DNA of 63,998 nt, counting the filler, from Jimgerdemannia flammicorona (lineage: Eukaryota): NCBI GenBank assembly GCA_003990765.1. It is 3 parts of 3 records of this genome, joined end to end, with 100 filler letters (N's around TTAATTAATTAA, not from the genome) between each part and the next. Parts side by side here need not be neighbours in the genome. Positions count along the whole stretch, not along the records: positions 1 to 21,320 come from RBNJ01001482.1; 2 more parts are not named here. The stretch is one strand, 5' to 3'. This document shows, piece after piece, positions 1 to 10,939 of this stretch (positions are counted from its first letter, which is position 1; every line of letters starts with the position of its first letter). The notes beneath the pieces were generated by a model, which saw only the letters and a list, made by a program, of their open reading frames with translations, ran no database searches and had not been told where the DNA came from. The position numbers and the translations under genes were made by a program.

Positions 1-650
1 CCCTCCCACCACTCTGCTCACAGATCTTTACTACCAAGCTGTGCCGTTGACCCCCCTGAGGACCCCAACCCACCCACCATCCAGTCAGCAGATCCCCCAA
101 CAGCCCCTCCCATCTTAATACCTTCTCCTGCAGCCCCAACCTCCGCCCCTCCTCAAATACAAAGAGCCAATGTCCTGCCAGGCCCACCCATACCGCTAAT
201 ACCCACCCTACAGTGAGCCACTGATTGCCTACACCACCTACAAGTCTAGATTCTAAATCTTCCCAGCGACCTCTCTCCCCATCTGGCCTCCTTTCAACCC
301 CCAGCCGGTCCCCAATAGCTATCCAAAAGTCCCCCAGCATCTCACATTCCCCCAGCCAATGTTCCGGCATTTGTACAAATCCCCCAGCCTGCCCAACGTC
401 ATAACACTCCTCACAATCCAGCTGACCACCATCCACCAGATGCCCAGAATGGAAGTTCAACATAACATTCCTCCGCAACATCCGCCACCACACTACCCAA
501 AATTTGGGAGGAAGCCATCGCTGTACCTCAGTACTCCAAGACCAGATCCCTGCCCAATCCCACTCCTCACTAATCCTCACCATCTGCCAACTGCTCGGCC
601 AAAGATCCTGGCCCATTCGCCGCTGACACTCCACTCCCACATTACCTAAT
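1..650 (-). mobile_element. LINE family B, 3' portion of ORF2 (runs off window start)
   Basis: Reverse complement aligns by eye to 50200-50790 of the family B copy; retains some CpG, so less decayed. Confidence 0.75.
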
Positions 651-1345
651 CTCTGTAGTAACTTTCTTAGATTATCGATGACCTATAGCAATGATTAGTG
701 CCTTATGTATCAGAAGTTTACTTTGAGACCCCAGAACCAGCAGAACATTTAATAAACAAGAAGTCCACTGAAATAAAGCTACTAGCTGGATTCAAACCTC
801 TCCCAGTTAGTTAGTCTAGTAATAGGCCCTCCATCCTATATAAGGATAGCTAATTCCTACCAATGCACTGATATAAGTTTGAGAAATTTTGATTAAGTAT
901 ATCTAGTCTTATGTTATCTAAGAACTCAACAAGGATATTAGTTCTTAAGGAGGGAGAGATGTAATAATTTCATAGTCATATTTAGTCTTAGTCATTTTTG
1001 TATCTTTTAGTTAGTCTTTTCTTATTATTTCTTAAATATTCTACTATGTTCTGCCACCTTCTACTTACTTAGAAACCTTCTCTCAGTACCTAGACACTAC
1101 TAGAATATTCTTATCTTTCCTTGGTATCAAGCATCCTATCTTAGCTAATTATAGAACCTTTTAGAACATTGCAGAATAGTATTAATCAGCTTTACTGAAA
1201 ACCTATTTCTTGGTATTTCTCTTTCTTTCCAAGATCCTTTCAGATTTTTCTTTTAGATCATGTATAAATATCCTTATTCTCTGCCTGAATAAAGCTTAGA
1301 ATATTTTCTCTCAGAAATTCTTCAAGAATACTTGAATCTTTAAGT
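651..1345 (+). mobile_element. 3' remnant of an LTR retrotransposon (PPT plus LTR)
   Basis: Polypurine tract AAGGAGGGAGAGA 947-959 directly followed by TGTAAT at 960; TATAAATA ~1263 and AATAAA ~1288. LTR end uncertain. Confidence 0.55.
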
Positions 1346-1359
1346 ATCTCTTTGAGCTA

Positions 1360-2260
1360 CTTTAGGCCAACTAGAATTTCCAGACTTAGCTACTTCCTCT
1401 TAAAGAAACTAGAACTGTTATAGCATTCTTCTCTCTCTATGGAACCAAGCTGAAGTTCTTTACTGCCTACTACCCCCAGACTGATGGTCAAACTGAGTAA
1501 ACTAATAGGACTCTCAAGCAGATTCTTAGCATCTTCTGCTGTTACAAGCAGAATGATTGAGATAAGTACCTTGTACATGCCAAGTTTGTCTATAATAATA
1601 GCTAACAAATCTCTATAAAGAAGACTCCATTCTTCCTGAACTATGGTCAACACCTAAGGACTCTAAGTACTACTACAAAATCAGCAATCCCAGTAGCTCA
1701 AGATTTGGCCAAGACCATTTCTGACCTTACCCAAATGACAAGAGATGCTCTTATAGAAGTACAGGACTATCAGGCCAAGTATACAAACTTGAAGTAAAGG
1801 GAAGTCTCCTACAATATTGGTGATATGGTTATGCTTAGAACAGACCATCTCCATCCAGACACCCTGGTATAACAACTAGTCAAGAAACTCTATACTAGAA
1901 GAATTGAACTATATAAGATTGTGGAAAAAGTCAGTAAAGTCAACTACAAGTTACAACTTCCCTATAATATTCAAGTACACCCAGTATTCCATATCAGCCA
2001 ACTGGTGGACTACTACAAGAATCTCTTTTCTGAATATACAGTTCCACCACTACCCCAATTAGGATCAATGATCATAAGAAATTTGAAATTGAGAAAGTAG
2101 TTGATTACAAGGTCCACAAATATCCCAAAACAGTCAAGTGGTTTTTTCTCATTAAGTGGAAGGGTTTCCCCACCCATAATACTATTTAGGAAAAAGAAAA
2201 AGCTTTAGAAAATACATGCAAAGCCCTCTAGGACTATATGGAAAAACTTACTCCCTAGCA
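1360..2260 (+). pseudogene. Ty3/Gypsy integrase C-terminus, GPY/F module and chromodomain (chromovirus), decayed
   Basis: Manual translation: TAYYPQTDGQTE*TNRTLKQIL, TPFFLNYGQH, YKLQLPYNIQVHPVFHISQL, EFEIEKVVDYK...FLIKWKGFP...*EKEKAL; several stops. Confidence 0.9.
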
Positions 2261-2929
2261 AAGAAAGGAACTATAGCTCTAAAGCTTAGAGCATATAGCA
2301 AAGAAAGAAGATACCATATATTTATCTGAAATATATAATACTGAACATTAACAGAAAAAAGGAAAACTATATCTAATCAACAAGAAAGATACTCAGGTGA
2401 AGAACAACTACCATAGTATAGTAAAATGTATTTGAATAACTCTATTTCATACTATCTATGTCATCTCTGCTAGATGATGATAGATGTTTTATATAAAACT
2501 TAGGAAAGCCAACAATATCAAAACCAATCTAAGTCTATCCAAGTAACAGATATTATTACTAAGAATTGTCTCAGATTACAAGAAATACTATTTCCAAGAG
2601 GTTTGAACCCCCAGCTGTAATAATAGGAGCCCTCACTCTAGACAAGGATGACCAGTTCTTGCAAATGCACCAATAAGATAAAAAAAAAAGAGGACCAAGA
2701 TCTGTCAACTCTGTATAACTACAACTGTAAGTAGCAATATCTTTGAAATCAGGATTTTCTCATGTGGACCAGCACATGCTCTACTTATAATAATAGATCA
2801 CACATTCTGCTGGAAAGTATGATCAAATTAAGTTCACACCAGACAGATGAATAAGTATAAATACCCAAGACAAGAATATACTGCAATCATTATCTCCCTC
2901 TCTCTCTACAAAGAAAAGATAAGACAAGA

Positions 2930-3756
2930 ATGCCTGCTATCTATCACTAAACTATCTACTATAGCCAGCCCCTCTCAAGTCAAGTTGACTGTCTCTTTGG
3001 ATATATCCAGGTTGCTATCCAAGGAAGGAACTGCCACTCTGAGGCCCTTAACCTCTTCAGCCAGAACCTAGAACAATATGTCCTTGACTACTATGAAGTC
3101 ATTAAAAAGTCCTACCTTACTACCAGCTACCTAGAGATCTGGTATAAATATAAAATTGGTCACCAACTTCTTCAACATACAAATAGCCTACCCACTGACC
3201 AGGTCTCAGACTGGACCCATCTGGATAGACATGAGCAAAGACTAGCTAAGAAGGTCTATCAAATCATATGCTATACACCTTTTGCAATCCCCAACCTCAA
3301 CTATATATAACTGAAGAACTTCCAGAACCTCTTCTTCCTGAGGTTGATGAGCTAGAGATCAAGGTAGCCCAAGATGCCAACTCCTGAATTACCCTCAAGT
3401 TTACTGACTACAAATCCCACTAGAGACCTCTCCTATATAACAACTCAGACCAATGGCTCCAAGGTCTCTCTGACCTCTTTGAAGGATCACCCATCCAAAT
3501 GGATATTCCCAGATATGAGGATCAAGAACCCTACTTGGATGGTCTCAACTACATTAGATGGAGAACCCCTATCTCAATACTCATACCAGTTCAAGAACTA
3601 TTTGCAGACCTCATTGACTTCTCCACCCTAGACATTGAACTATCAGCAACCACCCCTCTAGCTATAGGAGAAGTAGACAACAATACTGAGAAAGACTCTT
3701 CAGCTTTCTCTCCCCTGGTTCTCAATTTCAAAATCAATAAGGATATTGATTTCTAA
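2930..3756 (+). pseudogene. Extra 3' ORF (~275 aa, unknown function) of the chromovirus
   Basis: ATG 2930, long near-open frame MPAIYH*TIYY...EIWYKYKIGHQLL...RLAKKVYQII, one frameshift ~3330, stop overlapping the PPT; GTATAAATACCC at ~2855. Confidence 0.6.
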
Positions 3757-3767
3757 GAGAGAAAGGA

Positions 3768-6700
3768 TATAATAGAATAAATGAATGAGCAGACTTCTTT
3801 TGCTCAAACCATTTGGAGCAAGCTAAGCCACACAGATATCTTTTTGTGAAAAACAACACATTTTCAAGTTTTCACTTTGTCTATACTGGTGTACAAGGTG
3901 CAGCAGGAGTCTGGTAACAGTCTACAATAAGTTTCATCAAATTCTGTGGAGTTTTTATTAGATGGCAACCCAGGGTTCATCAAACTCTGAGCATTTGGAG
4001 AGAAGGAGGCCTGGCCTGGGTCTCTCCAAGAGTTTTGCAGTAGTGGCCAGGGCCGGTACTGAAGCTGGTGGAGCAGGTGGTCAAGGAAGGCAGACAGGTA
4101 TTGAAAGTTGGCACACAGTGATGGGGGGCAGGAGGGCAGCTACTAGGCCTATAGGGGTAGGGTAGGGAGGATGTAGTGTTGACAGGGGTAGGGGTCAGGT
4201 GATTGGCCAGGTGACTGGTCAGGTGACTGGTCAGGTACCTGCCAGGGGCCAGGGGTCCAGAAGTAGTATGATTGGGACTGATATTCCTGGGGCTAAGCCA
4301 GTGGCTGGGGTGACTGCTAGAGTGTCTGAGAATAAGAAGAAGGCTATGATGACAGCCGACTCCAGTGAACTGGTAGTGCACCCCTTCTTCCCCAAGTCAG
4401 TGTCAATATGGGCCATTTTGGTAAATTTTTTGGAGCTGGGAATGTCTACTAGAGAGGTCTTATGGCTAGTTGGAGAGGAGGTTGCTGGGGTGGAGTTGCT
4501 GAAGTTTATCCCATCAGCTGAGGTGGTTGAGATAAGATTTGTAGAGGAGAAGGAGATGGTGAAAGCCTTGGAGAAAGGGCTGATCATCAAGAATATCAAG
4601 GTTAACATGGTAAAGTGCCTGAGGTAGGACCCACATACTGTGCACCTAGTGATTGAGGGGCTGCTGACATTGGGGAGACAGGAGACTAAAGAGATTGTGG
4701 CAGAGGCATTGGGGGCTTTTAGTGAGATGGTCAACTTTGGGTTTATGTTCTGGGAGGGGACCAAGCTGAGGAATGGCAACTGTGAGGTAATGGTGAGGCT
4801 GGAAGGCAAGGAGGCCACAGGGCTAGGGAGGGACTGGCCAGAAGTGATTTGTATTAGAGGGCAGGAGTACAAGGTGTGGCAAAGAAAGGGTTCTGAACAG
4901 GAGGAGGAGGAATCACTGATCACTCTAGAGGAGAGAGAGGCTGCAAAGGAATTGTGGAAGAGGAGATGAGAGGAGTTTTCCAAGGACTGGATCTGGATTC
5001 TGATAGATGAGAGGAGGAAGAGGTGGTGGAGGGCAAACTGGGAGTGCCTACAGACAGTCCTCCAGGGCTCGAAAGTGGAGGAAGAAAAAGGGCAGAGATG
5101 GCCAAGAATCAGATGGAAGAGGTGGAGATGGCTGAGGTGTCCTTTTCACAACTGGGGGGTATGGAGAACTTGACTCATGCACTAGTGAAGGGGAAGTGGG
5201 CTGATAGAGAGGAGGCGAATGAAGGGGGCTTTGAGGAGGCTGTCAAGGTGGTGCCAGAGACTCAGATAGAGGATGTTCATATGGCAGGAGCAGCAAATAT
5301 TCATTGGGAATGTCCAGAGGCAGGTGAAGTGGTGTGGCTAGAGAAGGGTACAGAGGAGGATGATCTGGTGGATATGGCCTCTGATGTGTTGGCAGATAGA
5401 GAGATACTATAGGAACTGAGCAGGACCCTGAGGCCTGCCACTCCTGGGCCCCTGGTAATGATGGCTGATGACTGGTATCAGACAGTGCTCGAGGAATTAG
5501 CAGAGGAGGATATCAAAGAGGTGGATGTGTTTAATGGATCCCAAGAGGCCTGGGAAGGATTCCTCAATATAGTATTGCAGGGGCCGAAGTTGGTGATGGC
5601 AATGGTGGCAGCACTTCTGGATGATGAAGGATATGAGGTGGATGAGGACCATATGGCTGACATCAGGAAGGTGGTATCTGAGTGAGTGGACATCTTCTGT
5701 AGCAGTGTGAATGGAGCCTGCATCTGGAGGGTTATCTGTGAGGAACAGAAGGTAATAATCTGTGGTCGGGCTGAAAAGGTGGTGGCAATTCCAGTGGAGC
5801 TTTAAATATTTTTATTCATGATGATGAACAGTCTATGTATTTTATTGTTAAATATCAATAGTTTGCATGATGGAGTGAAGAGAAGGTGTCTATTTTGTTG
5901 GTTGAAGGTCAGGAGATATGATGGGCATATAGAGAGTAAGACTATGAGGATTGGGGCAGGAAATGGTATGAAAGTATAGGCTGGAATGAGCAAGTGGGCA
6001 TTTTGATTGGCTTGGGGAGAGGTGAGCTGACAGAGGTTGTGGTATATGGTGATCAATTGGTCTGGGGGAGATTGAAAGAAGGAGCTGGAGATAGACTAGT
6101 GGTCAGCTCTGTCTACCTACCAGCAGTTGGCAGAGAGCAAAACCAATGGGTGGAGGGTTGGCTGGCTTGGGGAGACTGAGATGAGGTTGGGTTGGATGTT
6201 CTGGGGGGGGACTTTAATATGATGTGTGACAGGACATTAGATAGATCTGATGGTGGAGTTGGTGTGGCTGTATCTGCTGGGCTCTCGCGATGGCTCCAGG
6301 TTGGGAGAGATATGGGATTGGTTGATGGGGTTTAATGACATTAAGGGGAGAGACCAGGGCCATTTACTAGGTGGCACCCAGTTGGTGAGGACTTGGTTGG
6401 AATGAGGATCGATTGGATTCTGATAGCAGAATGCTGGGGCAATGTATTGGATTCAACAGGAGTATAGTGGTGTTCTTGGTCAGATCACTGGGGAGTAGAG
6501 GTGTGTGGGAGATTTCAGACAATCAGTAGAGGTGGAGGTAGATGGCAACTCAATGTAGCACTACTCAAAAGACAGGTAGAGAGAGACTGATTTGTGGCAA
6601 TTGCAAGGCAGGAAGTGACATGGTGGAAGAACAGTAGACAGTCAATAGCACAATGGTGGGGGAAATTTAAACATTTGGCAGGTACTTATTGGCATGATGT

Positions 6701-9700
6701 AGGGGAGGTAGCTGGAAAGGAGCAGAAGGATAGAGAAAGGAGAATTGAACAGAGACTATGTTGGCAGCTGAAATCTCTGAAAGGAGAGAATTTATCAGAG
6801 AAAAGACACTCCCAGTTGGCCAAGGAGATGACTGAGTTGTAGTTGGATTTGAAGGCAGCAGAAGATAGGGTGGTAGATGGGCTATTGGCAAGACTGTGGG
6901 TGAGGTGGTTGGAAGAAGGAGAGTGACCCACTAAGTACTTGTTGGGAATCTTGAAGGCCAGGAGGGTGCAGCACAGTTGGGCTTCAGTGTTGTTGGAGGA
7001 TGGAGTTGAGGTTACTGGTATTACCAATATGCTTGAAGAGATCTCTGGTCAATGGTACACTCTATGGCAAGATGGAGGAGGACTGGTGGAGAGAGAGGCT
7101 TCACTGGAGGATAATGATAATTTGGTTGGCAGCTGGCCAGTGGTAGCAGTGCTGGAGATAGGTGGAGCAGTCATGGATATGGTGGCCCTTGAGGAGGTGT
7201 TGCAGGTTCTGTGGAAAGTGCAGGCTGGTTCATCACCAGGGGAGAATGGGCTGCCTTGGGAGTTCTGGAAGAAGTTTCAAGTTGAGTTTGGGGGATGGCT
7301 TATTGAAATGGCAAACTTTGTGTTGAGTGAAGATTGCTGGATTGGCAATGACTCCTTAGGGTTAGTCTTTCTGCTCTATAAGGAGAAAGGGGATTGACAT
7401 ATGTGACAGAACTGGTGGACAATTATGTTACTAAATGTGGACAGAAAGTTGGTCTTCAAGATTCTAGCAGGGAGAATGCAACAATGAATTGGCCAATTGG
7501 TGGGTGAAGAACAGCAAGGATTTGTGAAGGGAAGACAGATCCGAGACAGTACAGCTTGGGTGCAAAATGTTTTGGAGGGCTGTGGAAGCTAGAAAGTAGA
7601 TAGGAGAATGGTGTTCTTAGATCAGGAAAAGGTATATAATAGAGTGAGGTAGGACTATCTAGAGGCAGTTCTGCAGAAGGCGGGATTTGGTATAGTGGAA
7701 GCTTGGAAACTGATGGACCTGGTGTGAGGCTGCTGGGCTGCAGTACTAATGAATAGGTGGAGTGGCCTGGAGTTTGTCTTGGAGAGAGGTGTGCTACAGA
7801 GGGATTCTCTTTTACCCCTACTCTATATTTTATCCTTGGAGCCTTTATTGGTATAGCTGAAGAGAAGGCTCACCAGACTGAAGATGGCGGAGGTGGTCTG
7901 GAAGCTGGGGGCCTTCGCTGATAATATAGTGGTAGGGTTAGGCTGTATGGCAGATGTGGCAAGATTGCAGGAAGGGGTGGAGCAGTATGAGAGACTGGCG
8001 GGGGCGAAGCTGAACTGGGACAAGTGTGAGACTATGGAGTTGAGAGCTGATTTGGGAGAGCATGGACATTTTGAACAATTGGTCCATACTGGAGAGGCAG
8101 TTTGATATTTGGGTATTTGGTTCTCAGTATATGAGATAGTGCTGCCAAAGGAGTGGTGGTGTGGAATGATACAGAAGTGGGAGAGTGCCTTGGTAGGCTG
8201 GTCATGAAGAGGATTTTCCTTGGTGGAGAGGATTGTAGTTTTGAATGTATATTGGTTACTGAAGCTGTGGTATTTGGGGTACCATTTGGACTTCCCTAGT
8301 TAGGTGGTACAGAAACTGAAGAAGGTGGTGAAAGGTTGGCTGTGGCAAGGAAGAAGGCTGCAGATTAGTTGGGAGATAGTGGTGATGCAGATGGTAAATG
8401 GTGGATTGGGGCTGGTGGATTTTAGGAGGTAGCTGAAGGTACTTCAGGGCTGGTAGAGTTGCCAATTGGCAGAATTAGGAGTAGATGGTTGGGGCAGACT
8501 GGCTATGGACAATTGGGAAGTCAGGTTTTGTCCCTGTAGTGAGGTTTGGAAGAATATGTGAAGCTTGCTTCAGGTTGGAAGGGTTAGCAGATTGTGCTAT
8601 CAGGGATTCTGGTGGGGCATTGTGGAAGCTTGGCTGGCAATGGAACTCACAGGTCCAGAGCTGGGGAAAGAGGAGGACATGGAATAGTGATGGTGGTGAC
8701 TTGGAGATATTTATATTGGTGGCCACCAGCTGGCAGAATACTCTCTGTCTGGGGCAATGGAATGGACTCAGACAGATCTACTTGTGAGGTGGCTGGTGGG
8801 TTGGCAGAAGGCTGGGTTTGGGGAAGATTGAGAGTGAGATCAGGTTTGGGGATGGGGGACCTCATTGCTCAAGGTTGTACCATCTAAGTTCTGGGTGGTA
8901 TGGTAGAGATTTTTATGAAGGAATGTCATGCTGGGGTATAGGATAGGGTGGATGGATGCCAAAGGTGTAAGAGAATGTGAGTGGTATTGTGAGCTGGATG
9001 GGGGTGTGGTGTAGATGCCAGAGCATGTCTTGGTGGCATGTCCAGGGGTTGAGGGATTTTAGCAGACATTGGAAAGCTATTGGTGTGGTGAGAGTGAGCA
9101 AGCAGGGGGCCACACTAGTTGGATGGTCAAGCAGTGACTGGTGGGAGAGATTGGGGACATCTGGGGTGGCCTGGGCTGGATTATTGGCATCTGGGTCCTG
9201 ATGGTGGTGCACTGGCAATGGGTGTTTGAGAAGGATCCTTGGATAGAGATTGGCAAATTGGTGGAGTGATGGAAGGGGCTGCTTCTGGAAGTGGTGCAAG
9301 GGTGGTGGTATCAGGAGAAGAGGCACCAGTTGGGGGCCATGAGGAAGGTACAAGACATTGTTCTGAGAAGTCAAGGGCACCTAGTGCTTAGTGAGAAGGG
9401 GGTGTAGTGGAAAGAAGATGTGGATTGATGGGGCCTTCCTTGTTTTTGTAGTTATAGTAATTATCTGATAGGGTCATGTTGTATTAGATATTTCTATAAT
9501 AAAGGAGTCCAAGTGACTATAAAAAAAATAAATAAATAAATAAATAAATGAGCAAACAGATGAGACATGACAAGTGATTATGTGACCTACAATAATGTCA
9601 TCATATGATTGAGTACAACATACAAATAATAAATAATGAATGTAACAAATGATGCAAAACAATATGAAAAACAATATCCAGCTTATCTCTAGCAATCAGT

Positions 9701-10288
9701 ACCACAGTAACTATTGCCATAGTAGCTGGTCATTGTCTAGTAATTGAGATTCTGATTACAAAGAGTTTTTTGCCACAAACTATCTAACAAAGGTCATGAT
9801 CACAAACCTCACTATAGTTACCAAATTAGTTACTTATACTTAGTCAGAAATCACAGACCAACTTGTATAAATACCCCTCAGTTTCTATCTGAAATAAAGC
9901 AGTTTTAGTTCAGTCTTTTATATAAGAATCAAGTCCCCCCCCCACACACACATTCTCCTGAGTCTTAGTAATAACATCTAAGTGACTCTAGTATTTCTGA
10001 CTAAACTCTAGAAGCATAGCTAACTTCTGTCAAAACTGAGACCAGTATATAAATTCCAAAGACTTAAGTAAACCCAATTGAACCTGAATTCTAAGGTGAA
10101 TTCAGTCTATGCACAGTAAAGAAAAAAATCTTTGAAAGATAAGGTACTGCTACTACAACTACTTTCAAGCAAGCACTTCCTCAAACTGAAGGTTTCTTGG
10201 TACATATTATATACTAAGTCTCTAAGTAATACCTTGTTTCCCTAAGTATCCAAAGGATAAGAGAGGGATAGAAATAAGAGTTATTATA
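3768..10288 (+). repeat. 3' LTR of the chromovirus, split by a LINE (3768-3791 plus ~9555-10288)
   Basis: Follows PPT 3755-3767; TATAAT...ATTATA termini (mutated TGTAAT...ATTACA); colinear with LTR 45437-46229 (-). Confidence 0.85.
3792..9539 (+). mobile_element. Near full-length Tx1/L1-like LINE (family A), decayed: ORF1 ~3962-5790, ORF2 APE-RT ~5818-9460
   Basis: APE motifs LNINSL, GGDFN, RIDW, SDH; RT motifs SPGENGLPWEFW, QQGFVKGRQIRD, LDQEKVYNRV, FADN; A-rich tail; 14/15-bp TSD 3777-3791 vs 9540-9554. Confidence 0.92.
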
Positions 10289-10935
10289 CTCTATTGGCTA
10301 CCCCTTATCCTTCCATCATATCACTTCCTGCCTTATAATCACCACAAATTAATTCTGCTCTACCAGTCTTCTGAAGAGAGCCATATTAAGTCACCAGCAG
10401 CCCCTACTATCACTAATCACCTGAAACCTGCCACACACCTCCACTTCCCAGTGATCTGACCAAGAGTATCACTATATCTCAGCAATGTCCAGCACATTGC
10501 TCCAGCATTCTGCTACTAGAACCCAGTTGATCCTTATCCCCACCAGACTCTCACCAATAGGATACCACTGAGTAAAGGGCCCTGGCTTTTCCCCCTGATG
10601 CTGTCAGACACTATCAACCAACTCCATATCTCTCTCAATCTGAAGCCATTATGAAAGCCCAGCTAAGATAGCTGTACCAACCCCAATTGATCACTATAAA
10701 CTTCCACCTCTACTAGCTCATCTCTTCTAACACCAACCAATATGCCCACCTGCTCATTTCAGCCAGCACTACTGTATCATTTCTTGCTCCACTTATTATA
10801 ATCCTGCCTACTATAGGCTCAAACATCCTGAAGAAGCACCATATCATACCTCCTGACTTTCAGTCAATAAAATAGATATCACTGCTTCACTATATCATAC
10901 AGACTATTGATATTTAATAATAATATATGTAGACC
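10289..10935 (-). mobile_element. LINE family A endonuclease fragment
   Basis: Reverse complement matches ~5830-6600 with internal deletions. Confidence 0.75.
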
Positions 10936-10939
10936 AGAC

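Noticed and set aside
2698..2822. RING-like CQLC...C...HTFC peptide
   Set aside because: Incomplete ligand set and no start; could be chance.
4231..4983. Long antisense ORFs over LINE ORF1 (also 11216-11929, 12153-12839)
   Set aside because: Shadows of purine-rich coding strands; Ser/Leu/Pro-biased with no motifs.
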